From: Albugo candida
Taxonomy: Eukaryota
Direction: 5' to 3'
Length of the DNA: 64,000 nucleotides
Assembly: GCA_040437565.1 (NCBI GenBank)
Contig: JBDOQK010000028.1
Coordinates: forward strand, 248,001 to 312,000
Under the pieces are notes generated by a model. It did no database searches. It had not been told where the DNA came from and saw nothing but the letters and a program-made list of their open reading frames with translations. Below, one piece after another: positions 12,791 through 25,662 of this stretch. The number at the start of each line of letters is the position of its first letter. Within the stretch, counting starts at the first letter, position 1. Position numbers and translations under genes: made by a program.

Positions 12791-15700
12791 ATGCAGCTTC
12801 GACATATTACCTCTTTGCTCCCGGCAACAGAAGGCATGTGCAAGGTCACATCCATTGCATTTTCTCCCAACAATCGTCGCTTAGCCGTCGTCACCGTTGA
12901 CAGAGTAGTGCACATGTTTGACGCACAGTCGGGGGAACGTAAAGATAAATTTTCCACTAAAGCGTCTGAAAAAGTACGTCTAAACAACGTTTCCTTTCCA
13001 CTATACAACCCTACCCCTCTTACCGCATCAGGGAGGGAAGACTTACGTAGTCCGCGCACTTGCATTTTCACCTGATTCGGCAAAGTTGGCTGTTGCCCAA
13101 AGCGATAACATTGTGTTTATTTACAAAATTGGCCTCGACTGGAACGATAAAAAAAGTATATGCAATAAGTTTCCCCAAAATGCTTCGGTCACATGTATGA
13201 CATGGCCCAGTGCACACCCGAATGAAGTCATCTTCGGTCTGGCGGACGGTAAAGTCCGCGTCGGTCAATTACGCAGCAATAAAACTGCAACTTTATATTC
13301 GACCGGCTACTATACAGTCGCTCTCAGTACCAATGTTGAAGGCAATGGCGCGGTTTCCGCGCACGCCGATCATTCTATTTACCGCTTTCTTTTCGACGAT
13401 GTAGCGGGCGGAGGAGCGTCTCATATAAAAATAATAACGCATACATGCATTCCATACGCGTTAGCATGGGGAAGTCACATAATTGCTGCAGGAAGTGATC
13501 GTAAAGTTGTGTTTTATGACAAAGAAGGCGATAAAATCCAGGGTTTCGATTATTCCACCGATGATGCATGCGGTGAATTCACTGTCAGTGTCGTTAATCC
13601 TACAGGCGATGCTGTGGTTGTTGGAAATTTTAATTGTTTTTATACATTTTCACAGTCGAAATCGCACGTGTGGGACCTCGTGAGTATAAAACATATAGAA
13701 AATTTGTACACGATAACTTCTTTAGCGTGGAAAAACGATGGAAGTCGACTGGCAATTGGCTCACTATGTGGCGCGATGGATCTCTATGACGCCTGTGTAC
13801 GTCGGTACCGCTACAAAGGCGCGTTTGAGTTCACATACGTCTCCCAAAGTCAAGTGATTGTAAAGAAATTGGCCAATAACGCGAGAATGGTGATCCGATC
13901 TGCTTTCGGGTGTGAAATTGTCAAATTGAATGTGTTTCAAGACCGTTTTCTGGTTGGAAATACTTCCAACACGCTTATCGTTGGCGATTTACAAACCGAA
14001 CAACTCAGCGAAGTCCAATGGCAAAGCACAGGAGCCGAAAAATGTATTGTTGAGAATGAGAATGTTTGCATCGTCTATCAAGCCGGAGAACTGACACTGA
14101 TCGAATACGGACGAAATGAAGTGCTGGGATGCGTGAGGACAGAGCATTTGAATCCTCATCTACTCAGTATCCGAATCAATGAACGACCCAGTTTGGAAGA
14201 AGTGATGAATCAAAGAAGCAAGCATTTGGAGCGCGTTACGGCTATGACGAATAAGAAGATTGCGTACTTGCTGGATCTTCAGACAATTTGTATTAAAGAT
14301 TTGCATTCACACACAAGCGCGACGGTAAATCACGACTGCCGGATCGATTGGTTGGAACTGAATGGCCGTGGGAATCTCCTTTTATTTCGAGATAAACGAC
14401 GGCAACTTCACTTATTTGATGCAGAAGCACAACATCGCGTGACGCTCTTAAATTACTGCAATTATGTACAATGGGTTCCCGACTCGGATGTTGTCGTCGC
14501 ACAGAATCGATCCAATCTATCAGTTTGGTACAATATACGAGCACCCGATAAGGCTACGATCTACCAGATTAAAGGTGACATTGAGCAAATTGAACGAGCA
14601 AACGGCCGGACAGAAGTGATTGTCGACGAAGGGATGAACACGACGACGTATCAGCTGGATGAGGCGCTTATTGCGTTTGGAACTGCGATGGATGATCTTC
14701 AATTGGTACAAGCAATGTCGATATTGGATCCACTTGCCGTTACTGCAGAAACTCAAGCAATGTGGGGACAACTCTGTGAAGAAGCGCTGAAACAGAACGA
14801 TCATCGGATCGCAGAGCGGTGTGCAGCTGCTTTGGGCGATATCTCGCGATCTCGATACCTTTCAAAAGTGAATAAGATCGATTTTACGGAACGAAATAGA
14901 TTGGACGAAGGATTTGTTCATTGGAAAGTACGATCGAAATTGGCGTTACTGAAAAACGACTACCGTAGCGCCGAACACGTTTTATTATCGCAAGGTCAAT
15001 TGGAAGAAACCATTGAGATGTATCAGCATTTGCATAAATGGGAGGACGCCATTCGAGTCGCTGAAGCGAAAGGATTCGCGGGAACCGATCAAATGAAGCG
15101 GAATTACTATGAGCATCTCCTCCAAACTCGTCAGGAAGAAAAGATCGCGCTTTTAAAAGTGAAAGAAGGGGATTACGCCAGTGCGGTGACGCTGTATCTG
15201 AAGGGCGGTCTCCCTGCAAAAGCTGCCCAGTTGCTTCAGCAACGAAACATTGGACGTGAACACAAACAAGTCTTGGAAACCGTGGCGGAAGCGCTGTATG
15301 TAGCCGGAATGTATGAGAAAGCAGGAGATCAATACGAGCGAATGGAACAGGAGAGTCGAGCGCTGGCATCATACCTCAAGGCGAATGCGTTCAGGAAGGC
15401 CGTGGATCTCGCTCGAAAGCACTTTCCAGACAAAGTGATTCGTTTAGAAGAAGCTTGGGGAGATTTCTTGGTGTCACAAAAGCAAATGGATATGGCCATC
15501 AATCACTATATCGAAGGGAATGTGCCAACAAAAGCCGTAGAAGCCGCATTAAACTCACGACAATGGGCAAAAGCTGGACAGCTGATTGAGACACTTGAAG
15601 AAGATGTCGCGTTACCGTATTATCGACGATTGGCTCGACATTACCAGGACGCTCAGAATTACGAGCTGGCTGAACGCTGTTTTATCAAAGCTGACGCGGC

Positions 15701-18164
15701 TCGAGACGCTGTGGAAATGTATACGCGCGTGAATAAATGGGACGCCGCGTATCAAATCGCGGTGAATCACATGGATAAATACGAAACAGAACGGCTTTAC
15801 GTGGAGCAAGCACATCGGATGGAGCGTCAAGGAATGTACAAAGAAGCGGAGAAGCTTTTTCTCACCGTAAACGAACCCGATCTAGCGATCAATATGTACA
15901 AAACGCAAAAGAATTACGAGCAAATGATCCGTTTGGTGACGAAATACCGCAAAGAATTGCTCAAAGATACGCATTTGTACCTCGCCCAGCAATTGGAGCA
16001 TGAAAATAATCTCAAAGAAGCCGAGCATCACTTCACTGAAGCAGGAGAATGGCAAGCAGCAGTGAATATGTATCGATCGAATGATTTGTGGGAAGAAGCA
16101 ATTCGTGTGGCGAAATTTCACGGAGGCGTAAATGCATCGAAACGTGTGGCATTTGCATGGGCTATGGATCTCGGTGGTGAACAAGGCTCTAAATTGCTCA
16201 CTCGATTGGGACTCATTGAAGCAGCGATTGATTATGCGATTGAGACTAGCGCTTTCGATCACGCATTCGAATTGGCACGCGGTAATTGTCAGAAGAAATT
16301 GGCCGATGTGCATTTTAAACACGCTCTTTTCCTCGAGGACGAAGAGCGATTCAAAGAAGCAGAACAGGAATTCCTCAAAGCTGGGAAACCCCGGGAAGCT
16401 CTGGACATGTATATTCATCAGCAAGATTGGGAAAACGCAATGAGAATCGCTGAAAACGCTGATCCAGCATCAGTTCCTGACGTCTTCATCGCTCAAGCGC
16501 GCGTCTTTGTGGAACAGAACGACTTCCGACAAGCGGAAAGTCTGTTTATTCGTGGTCACAAGCCCGAGCTCGCGCTGGCTGTGTACATGGAAGCGAAATT
16601 GTGGTCCGATGCGCTTGGAATTGCTCAGCGGTATCTGCCTCATAAGATTGCGGAAGTGAATTCTGCACATCAGAAATTAATTCTCTCTGGCGGTCCGAAG
16701 CAAAAAGAAGAATTGGTAGAAGCGTTTGAAATCTGGGTATCCTGTGAGCAATATGTCCAAGCCATCGACGCGTATTTATCAGTGCAATTGGAACATTTGA
16801 ACAACAATGAAGCCGTCGAAGAGCTCTGGGCACGCGGTGTGGAACTATGCGGAAAGTATGATCGTGGACGATACAAAACCGTTGTGGAAGAAATAGCGTC
16901 TCGGCTATTCAGAATGTCGCGTTTCGACTCTGCTGCCGCGTATTACAAGTCGATTAACAAGGTACAAGAAGCGTTGGATTGCTACTTGCGGACATACAAC
17001 TGGATCGCTGCACAGACACTTTGCGAACAACATGCGCCGGAGCTGCTTCCGCGCCTGGAAAGAGCTCAACAAGCGAGTGCGTTCGGATCGAAATCGGTGG
17101 AGAGCAAAGTCACAGCGGAAACCACCAAAGCGATGGAAAAGAAAGAGAGCAAACAATCCTTTTCGGATGAGAACGCTCCTTCCAGCGCGTTGGAAGCTTG
17201 GATTCAGCGTGGGGAATGGGATAAAGTGCTGACTGCTGCAAGCAAACATGGTCCGAAAGCATTGGCAACCTACTTGGAGCTTCGATGCACGCGTTTGATC
17301 GAGTTGGACGATGTCGATACCGGCGTCACAGTTTTCGCGGAGTATGGAATTCCAGTCGAAGACGCTTCCATTCGAGCGTGTGAACAAGTCATCCGCAAAT
17401 GTCTCGGCTGCAATCAGGGAAGAGAGCGTCAGGAAACCCATTCGAAAGCGCTTCTCGATCTCGTACAAGTATTACGCAAATTCGTCAAAGAGCTCGGATC
17501 GTCCAAGCATTCCGCCAATGCGAAAATGGAAAAGTATTTGCTTCTTGTGCATTACTTTGCCGTCAAGAAGAAAGCGAGTTCGGCTGGATTGCTGGAAATC
17601 AATGCGAAAGTGAGTATCGCGCTCTTGAGACACATCAGAATCCTTCCAGCCGATAAGATGTTCTACTTGGCGGGTGTCGCATCACGGGAAACGAAATGGC
17701 TCAGTGCGGCATTCGTGTACCTGAATCGATATTTGGATCTCAGTGAAGCTATCGACGATAATGCAGACGTCAGTAATCTGGACAATTCCGACTTTATAGG
17801 GACAGACATACCTTCGCCAGTCGATTTCCCACTTCCCGAAACGCATTTTATCATGGAAGAAAGCACGCGTGAAGAGATACGAGATTGGGTGCTTGCGATC
17901 TCAATGGATCAACAAGTTCAGGAGAAGCTCGTGGAACGGAAATGCACACAATGCATGACATCCATATACGAAGCCACATTACAGTGTCCAGAGTGTAAGA
18001 TGACGTCGGAAGCATGCATCCTCACAGGGTACCCCGTGCGTGCGAAAATGACAGTTCATTGTACGATTTGTAAAGCGATTGCAGATAAAGAGATGTGGAA
18101 TCAATGGATCAAGCAATTTGGTAATTGTCCGTGGTGTGATGCTCCTCAGAAGCAGAGTTACTGA
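12791..18164 (+). CDS. IFT172: Intraflagellar transport protein 172 (WD40 + TPR-like repeats), one intron at about 12974-13030
   Basis: KDKFSTK..YVVRALAFSPDSAKLAVAQSDNIVFIYKIGLDWNDKKSICNKF, long alpha-solenoid, C-terminal ADKMFYLAG..AFVYLNRYLDLSEAI..TDIP..REEIRDWVL..CILTGYP..CPWC. Confidence 0.96.
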
Positions 18165-19789
18165 TTTTTTGCCATTCTTTGATCGGGAACCAATGAGTAA
18201 AAGACGCAAAGTACCACGCAAGCGATATGACCGACAAAATACAAATTCTTCCACGCGATGATCGCATACGTCAATGACATTGTCTATAAGAGCATGTGAG
18301 GATCTCATCAACGAGGCGAGAAATCTACCTGGAATGGAATGACAAAGTACAGCATTCCCATCACAGACGCAAATGTACCCGCCGCATCGTACATCCATTT
18401 GAATGACGCAAGCTTTCCATTGACAAAGTATGGTCGAATACGTTTGTACGCCAGCCGATTCACAGTGGTCGCAAGCGGAACTAAACCACAGAAAAGCGAT
18501 TAGAAGACGTCAGTAACGGAATGAATACTTACGACTGAGGAAGAAGAGATAGTATCCTGGGTAGAATCCGTGCCAAAATGCCGATACAAAGTATGTGGCG
18601 ATCAACGAATTGTTTGTTCGCGAATAAACGTATCGTTCCAACCAATTTTGCGTTCCTTTGTTCCACGCTCGAAGTGCCTGGCGAATGCTTGGAGATAATT
18701 CAAAGCCGATAATGTCCATGTTATTGATTCCATTCCATCCACGAGGAGATCCGTCTTCATGAAATCCTTCAAATCCAAAGTTTGCAAGCACTGCTGCTCC
18801 CTCAGCTACTTTCCACGCTCCATAATACTTAAATTTGACCAAAAGCAGCGTCAAATACAGCGTCCAAAGGTGCGGGAAAAGCGGTTTGGAAGCTATTTTG
18901 TCGCTGTAAAAGTTGGAGATAGGGAACATGGATCCAAAGTGTGCGTATAGAGCCATACAAAGGACGCCGATAGCACACTTTTTCGAAACTGCGAACGCAT
19001 TCGATGGCCTTTGGATAGCATTTTTGTGACGGAATCGGATTTCTGTGGTGGTGTCCAAATACTCGCGAAATTCAAAGGCGGGTCCAGCGAGGAAGGTAGT
19101 GAAATTATATACGTAGCCGTAGAATTGTATTGGCGTCGGAAGCTGTCTGATTGCGAATTGCTGACGCGAAGCAAGCGCTTTATCGTGCTTTTTATTAGAA
19201 AAAGTCAGATTTAAACTTGATTAATGTATAGGACATACCGATTTCGCTCCTTTTTGGCTTTGTTTTCCATCTGAATAATTGAACGCCAGACTCGTAAGTT
19301 TCATGGTCAGAAGCATTTGAGGACCTGTAAAATCCAATGTCCATCCCATGTAATCCACATAGAGACGATATAAATGCGATGCGGACAAGTAGCTCTGACA
19401 AAGAGATAAGCATATTGGCAATGGAAGGCGAATCGATTTCTTACAAAATTGAAAATGAAGACGCAAACGGGCGCGTACGCTGGCGGAAGCGTACAAAGAA
19501 GGAAGTAGGTGATTGTAGATGTGATAAAAGAATGGATCCAGGCGGATTGTAGCACCAATTGAGCTATTAAGACGCCGACAATCACATCAGTGGTATGCTT
19601 GAATGTAGCCGATGGAATATTGCGATAGATCAGCGCTAAAGGATACACCATAAAAAGACACAGAACATAACGCAATTGATCCATTGCAATTCCCGTTTGA
19701 TTTGACCATTCTGTGATTTTCGAATTGGCAGATTCAAAGCGAAAATAAAAGTTTGAAAGGCAGTTGAATGGCGCAAAGATCGATTCCAT
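18158..19789 (-). CDS. MBOAT-family lysophospholipid acyltransferase, paralog A (multi-exon)
   Basis: DQLRYVLCLF, DYMGWTLDFTGPQMLLTMKLTSLAFNYSDG, KYYGAWKVAEGA, WNKGTQNWLERYVY, SAFWHGFYPGYY (catalytic His). The last exon ends ..VPDQRMAKNQ* at 18158. Confidence 0.9.
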
Positions 19790-19868
19790 TGCTATTCCAC
19801 TTTGGAGTCTTTTTGTCCTTATACACCGTATAAGCTAATACATTCTACTGCATGATCGACCGCCTGAA

Positions 19869-21972
19869 ATGATGCAAATCGAATGGCATTCCGTGCTGCT
19901 TCCTTGGCACTTTGAAAATGCAAAGCAATTACTGCACCAAATAGAAAACCACACCAACATCCCATCCGACCAATTAAGTCTTTTATGCTGTTTCTTCCTA
20001 TCATATCCTCTCGCATTCTTCCAAAGCCAAATCCCTTCCATTCCAATCAAACATTATGTGAATGTGTTCATTGGCATCACAATGGCTCAATTTGTGTACA
20101 ATATCGCATGGTTACATTCTCTCTTTACATCGATTGTTACTTATTACATTTTAAAATGGCTTCCGATTCGCTATTCCTGCATTGTGGCCTTCTTATTCAA
20201 CATGGAGTACCTCGCATTTCTCCATATTTTCCGCATGACCAACGATTACAATGGATGGAAAATGGATTGTACGACCTCACAAATGATTATTGTGATCAAA
20301 TTGACCAGTTTTGCGATCAATTTTTACGACGGGCAAGTCAAAACGACCACGAAAACGGACGAAAATGATTCATTGGTACGTCAACATTCATCTTTTCTTC
20401 CAAGCAATTTTTCTCCATCGCCTTTGTACAGCAACTCTCCAGGATGAAAACAATTTGGAAAGCATTGGCTATCACGGAATTGCCTTCTTTGATGGAGTTT
20501 TTGGGCTATATCTTTTGCTTTACAACATTCTTCGCAGGACCTTGCTTTGAGTATCGAATTTACTCGGATGCGGTTCGAGGCTCTCAATTCATTTATTACG
20601 GAAAACGCGTCTCGGTGTCTCTNNNNNNNNNNNNNNNNNNNNNNNNNNNNNNNNNNNNNNNNNNNNNNNNNNNNNNNNNNNNNNNNNNNNNNNNNNNNNN
20701 NNNNNNNNNNNNNNNNNNNNNNCTCCATATTTTCCGCATGACCAACGATTACAATGGATGGAAAATGGATTGTACGACCTCACAAATGATTATTGTGATC
20801 AAATTGACCAGTTTTGCGATCAATTTTTACGACGGGCAAGTCAAAACGACCACGAAAACGGACGAAAATGATTCATTGGTACGTCAACATTCATCTTTTC
20901 TTCCAAGCAATTTTTCTCCATCGCCTTTGTACAGCAACTCTCCAGGATGAAAACAATTTGGAAAGCATTGGCTATCACGGAATTGCCTTCTTTGATGGAG
21001 TTTTTGGGCTATATCTTTTGCTTTACAACATTCTTCGCAGGACCTTGCTTTGAGTATCGAATTTACTCGGATGCGGTTCGAGGCTCTCAATTCATTTATT
21101 ACGGAAAACGCGTCTCGGTGTCTCTGTTGCGCCCGGCTCTCCGTAAATGCGCAATTGGAGTCTTCTTCATGGTGCTGGTGGCTGCTTTTGGATCGTATAG
21201 CGATTTGTCAGCTGCGTTTCATCAGGAACTCTCCTTTGGGATGCGAATGATTCGCGTTGTTGTAGCGCTGTTCATCACTCGTTGTAAATACTATTGTGCA
21301 TGGAAACTTGCTGAAGGAGCCACTATTCTGACCGGAGCTGGATTCGAGGGATTTGCGAGTGACGGCACTGTCATAGGCTTTGATGGTGTGGATAACATTG
21401 ATATTATTGGGTTTGAGACGGCTCAAAACTTTCGAGGACTTGCGCGTTCTTGGAATAAAGGAACTCAAATGTGGCTTGAACGATACGTGTACAGCCGTAC
21501 CAATACGTTGTTCTTGACGTATCTCTGTTCGGCTGTGTGGCATGGATTCTACCCTGGATACTACATCTTCTTTCTATCACGTAAGTCGACGTCCACTGAC
21601 TAATTCCATTCGCAACACAAAGTCTCTATTTTTCTCTAGTTCCACTGGTCACAACGATTAATCGCCGGGTTCGACGACACATTCGACCGCTTTTTGTGGA
21701 TAATGAAGAGTGTTTGACTCTCAAAAAGCGCATTTACGATTATGTTGGCGTCGTGTGCACGTTGTGCACGATCAATTACCTGGCCGTCTCTTTCGTGGTA
21801 CGTGCAATCTCTCACTCTAATGACCATTTTTCAACATCACGTGTAGATGCTCTCGTGGGAAGAATCTCTGCGCAGCTACCAATCGCTATACTTTTATGGC
21901 CACATTGCCATCGCATTCACATACTTCATTTCAATGCTGTTTCCATCTCAGTCCAAAGCCAAACAGCTTTGA
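19869..21972 (+). CDS. MBOAT-family lysophospholipid acyltransferase, paralog B (multi-exon; internal ~400 bp duplicated across the gap at 20623-20722)
   Basis: DYNGWKMDCTTSQMIIVIKLTSFAINFYDG, FFAGPCFEY, KYYCAWKLAEGA, WNKGTQMWLERYVY, SAVWHGFYPGYY. The last exon ends ..SKAKQL* at 21972. Confidence 0.9.
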
Positions 21973-22065
21973 GCCAACAATTTCGGCACTGAATACAATT
22001 CTCCACACGATTCCATGACGCTCCATCCTTTTTTTTCTTTGGAAACTCTATCAAGTCGACCAGAA

Positions 22066-23751
22066 TCAGTGCCCAGTAGCTCGACCCAACCGATTTCTTC
22101 TTTTCGCATTCATTTGCTGCTGATAGGTCTTCACATCACCACGTTCTGCTTCTTCATCAGTATCTGAATCTGGATCTGGATCAACGCACGCCGCATTCTG
22201 GACCGTCTTTGGCCGTTCTCGTCGCTTCCACTTCTGTTCAATCATCTGCTTTTGCAATCGAACTTCTTGGTCGCGACCTGCTGTTCCACAAGCAATCATC
22301 TCTTGGAGCACATCGGCTTCGTCTTGAGTGAATTCGATCGTCTTCTTCCTCATGAACCCTCCAGTACCAATTTGCTCGTATTCATACTCACTTTCAGAGC
22401 CGTCCTCGGACTCGGACACTTTGCTGAGTTCATACGTGACAGGTGTGGCCTTCCAATCTCGAAACGAGTTCCATTTCAGCTGTACATACGCATCCAACGC
22501 GTCGGGGAACATCCACTCCCCACCAGGATTCTTGAAAATATCAGCAAAACTCGGCGGTAGTGTATGGAAAGTTTCTTCTAATTCGGCCAAAAATCGCTCG
22601 GAATCGATATGTAAATGCTCATTATCGGCAATCCAGTAACACCCAGGCGTTTTCGTGACTGCTTTGTTAATAAATCGATCTACATACCGAAGGATCATAA
22701 TGGCATCATATTCCGTCAGAGCGTTTTCAAGCTCTTTTTGTGCCCGAATCGAGATATTTCGTGCCGAAAGTCGAGATTTTTGGGCAAGAATGTTGTTCAT
22801 ACTGCCGAGCGTTTGATTTTCTCGAGCACTTTTGCCTTGGATGGATTCACTTTTCGCTGTTTGTGTATTTTTGGTCTTTTTCGGCTGAGATATATTCTGA
22901 ACGGATGTCTTACTATTTTCGTCTTTTAACGCTTTACAGGCGTTTTTCAGTTTACTCGATTGATCCCCCGTGTGAATCGCTTTTTCCTGTTTGGTTTCTG
23001 CCTGAACAATTGTCTGAATACGTACCAACTTGCTGGTCTTCTTTCTCTGAGCAAATACGACTTGATCACGCAATGGTTGGTCACGTAATGTCTCCGCAAT
23101 AGGTACCGAGCGATCATAGCGGTTGCTGTACACTTGATTTGAAGATTTCGATTTCCGGGACATGTAATCTCCTCTCGTGTGTCCCTCTGTGATCACAGAA
23201 ACACTTCTTTGCATTTTCATTTTCAGCATTGTGGTTTTCTGCAATCGTGCTGCTCCTAAAGTCCCCGTAACTTCTTCCATTGAGACCGATGATGGACGCT
23301 GTTCCACTGGCTTGAGAAAGTCCCGAAGGCGATAAAACACGTTTCCGTTCGCGTGCAATTGAGATGGTAATGAAGCAGTGTACGAATGTGATTCCCGTTG
23401 ATCTTTTCGGAATTGATGCGTTAGGATGAGTAAACTATTGAGAAATTGGTGCAAAATCACAGCGCGTTCTTTGACAACTCGATCCTTTTTACTTCCAAAT
23501 AACATTCGCGGCGGAAATGCGAGTTTTTCGACGTTACGAATGTAATTCTGACAGCGTTCTGCGTGGCCTTTCCGGTTGGCTTTCTTTTCAATTCTCATTA
23601 AATGCAAAACATCGTGCCGCAAATGTCGAAATTCAGAACAGCGTCTTCTAATCCGCCACTGCTCGTGATCTTGCTGGACCTGTATTACGTACACGATGCG
23701 ATCATCAATTGTGAACTCGATATGGTCAATGGATACAGATAATCTGCTCAT
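22066..23751 (-). CDS. PX-domain protein with an uncharacterised C-terminal region
   Basis: N-terminal YVIQVQ..WRIRRRCSEFRHLR..FPPRMLFGSKKDRVVKERAVILHQFL. Intronless 561-aa ORF. Confidence 0.8.
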   Translation of the reverse strand: MSRLSVSIDHIEFTIDDRIVYVIQVQQDHEQWRIRRRCSEFRHLRHDVLHLMRIEKKANRKGHAERCQNYIRNVEKLAFPPRMLFGSKKDRVVKERAVILHQFLNSLLILTHQFRKDQRESHSYTASLPSQLHANGNVFYRLRDFLKPVEQRPSSVSMEEVTGTLGAARLQKTTMLKMKMQRSVSVITEGHTRGDYMSRKSKSSNQVYSNRYDRSVPIAETLRDQPLRDQVVFAQRKKTSKLVRIQTIVQAETKQEKAIHTGDQSSKLKNACKALKDENSKTSVQNISQPKKTKNTQTAKSESIQGKSARENQTLGSMNNILAQKSRLSARNISIRAQKELENALTEYDAIMILRYVDRFINKAVTKTPGCYWIADNEHLHIDSERFLAELEETFHTLPPSFADIFKNPGGEWMFPDALDAYVQLKWNSFRDWKATPVTYELSKVSESEDGSESEYEYEQIGTGGFMRKKTIEFTQDEADVLQEMIACGTAGRDQEVRLQKQMIEQKWKRRERPKTVQNAACVDPDPDSDTDEEAERGDVKTYQQQMNAKRRNRLGRATGH

Positions 23752-24037
23752 CCTTCGCCGCTTTTCTCCTCTTCAAGTAAACGTAAAGTCACGCAATAAG
23801 CAAAGAAGAATGTAATCGAGTGAGACAAAAAAGTCAGCGCGAAGGCGTCAGCTGTCGTCATATTATTAGCCAATTAACATTCGTCATCAGGTTGGTGAGA
23901 AACGAGCGTTTCGCAAAGTTTCTGGGCAAAAGCCTCAATGAAGATGCTTTCAGCCAATCGTAATTAAGAGATCTGTCAATACCTTTGATTCAACATATGT
24001 TCAGAAAAACCTCTAGGTATGCGTATCTTGTATACTC

Positions 24038-25333
24038 TTATTCTTGGTGGAAATTGATCGCAATAGGTGATTTGTGAAGAGGTACTTCACCGCCGATGCA
24101 AGCTTCTAAGATGTCGGTGAGTGATTTCTCGTCAAAATTGGGTAGCGAGTACAACCGGTACCGCAATCTACCTTTTTGAACGCGCAGAATCAGCATGGAA
24201 GGGTGTTGTGCGTCAGATGATCCGAGTTTTCGAAGCAATTTGTCATTGGACTTTCGTGGCAAATACGCGAAATGCAACTTGCTTCCTCGCTTGAACGTTT
24301 TCCAGACCTTTTCTGCTATTTTGAGTTGTTTCATTTGCTGTTTTTCGTCGTCAGAAACCACGAAAATGGCGCAGATACTGCTTTTTGTTGGATTTGCATC
24401 AGTTCCCGTATTGCAGATTTTTGCTTGATTCTTATAATTCAATTTTTCAAGGGTTTCTCGGAAACGGTTCTTGTGATTCTCAGCAGCGAATTGAAGTAAT
24501 TCGTACTCACCAGGATCACCTTTGTAAAGCTTCATTTCACCATTCCATGCGTATCCAAATGCTGGAAGAGATTTCAAGTCGACTTTATTTTGACGACAGA
24601 CACTCGGATATTTGTCACAATTGAGCCCACCGACTTTGACTTTGCCACCCAAATCAGAGCTGATGGTTGCCATTGTTTTCTTCCACTGAGCATTCTTTTT
24701 GTCGTTCATACTATAAAAGTGTATCAGCCATTCATGCTTTGCGTTTTTCGATGGGAATTTCTTTCTTGAAAGTGTGACGACATTGGGAATCTTATCGTAC
24801 AGCGAACTCTGCGGTTTGGCTTGGCGCTGTCTTTGCTGACCAGATCCGTCCACTCCTCCAAATTGGAATTCCTGGAAGATATTACTGTCGTCTGATCTTC
24901 GTCCTCCACTTTGACCCGATTTTCCAAACATCTTTTCAAATATTGCAAAAGGGTTTATCTTCATTCCGCCTGTGTTAAAGGAGAACGCGCTTCCTTTTCC
25001 GCCTCCGAAGCCTCCATTTCCTTTCTGCCCGCCACCAAAAGCTCTCATCTGATCATATTCTTCCTTCTTTTTCGGATCTGATAGAACCTCATACGCCTCT
25101 GCTACCTCTACAAACTTTTTTTCGGCAACATCACGATCTTTTTCTTCTACTTTATCGGGGTGATATTTCAGTGCAAGCGTTCGATAAGCTTTTTTTAGCT
25201 CGTTGTCCGAGCAACCTTTCTTCACACCAAGGATCGCGTAGTAGTCTTTAGTGCTTTGAATGGAGAGTGTGAACGGGGAAAGACACGATAGGAGCACAAG
25301 TATGCACAGAAATAGCATAGGGAGAGCTCTCAT
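24038..25333 (-). CDS. ER-type DnaJ co-chaperone: signal peptide, J domain, G/F-rich linker, thioredoxin-like fold
   Basis: Hydrophobic N-terminus, [28 protein letters not shown] region, [15 protein letters not shown]. No CxxC is visible in the Trx-like part. Confidence 0.88.
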   Translation of the reverse strand: MRALPMLFLCILVLLSCLSPFTLSIQSTKDYYAILGVKKGCSDNELKKAYRTLALKYHPDKVEEKDRDVAEKKFVEVAEAYEVLSDPKKKEEYDQMRAFGGGQKGNGGFGGGKGSAFSFNTGGMKINPFAIFEKMFGKSGQSGGRRSDDSNIFQEFQFGGVDGSGQQRQRQAKPQSSLYDKIPNVVTLSRKKFPSKNAKHEWLIHFYSMNDKKNAQWKKTMATISSDLGGKVKVGGLNCDKYPSVCRQNKVDLKSLPAFGYAWNGEMKLYKGDPGEYELLQFAAENHKNRFRETLEKLNYKNQAKICNTGTDANPTKSSICAIFVVSDDEKQQMKQLKIAEKVWKTFKRGSKLHFAYLPRKSNDKLLRKLGSSDAQHPSMLILRVQKGRLRYRLYSLPNFDEKSLTDILEACIGGEVPLHKSPIAINFHQE

Positions 25334-25662
25334 GCTACGTCCGCGATGGCGCCAATTGCAAAATGTCTGCGTTTAGACACGAATGACATCGAAAATTCTC
25401 GACTGTTAAAAAACTGTTACATGTTCGATAATAGNNNNNNNNNNNNNNNNNNNNNNNNNNNNNNNNNNNNNNNNNNNNNNNNNNNNNNNNNNNNNNNNNN
25501 NNNNNNNNNNNNNNNNNNNNNNNNNNNNNNNNNNCGTTTAGACACGAATGACATCGAAAATTCTCGACTGTTAAAAAACTGTTACATGTTCGATAATAGT
25601 ATCCTAACAGCAACGTATCAATTGGTTGGAAGCGAATCGCATGATTTCTTGCAAGCTTTAGT

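Noticed and set aside
13210..17866. Numerous short alternative-frame and antisense ORFs inside IFT172 and other long genes
   Set aside because: These are shadow ORFs of real coding sequence with no independent motifs.
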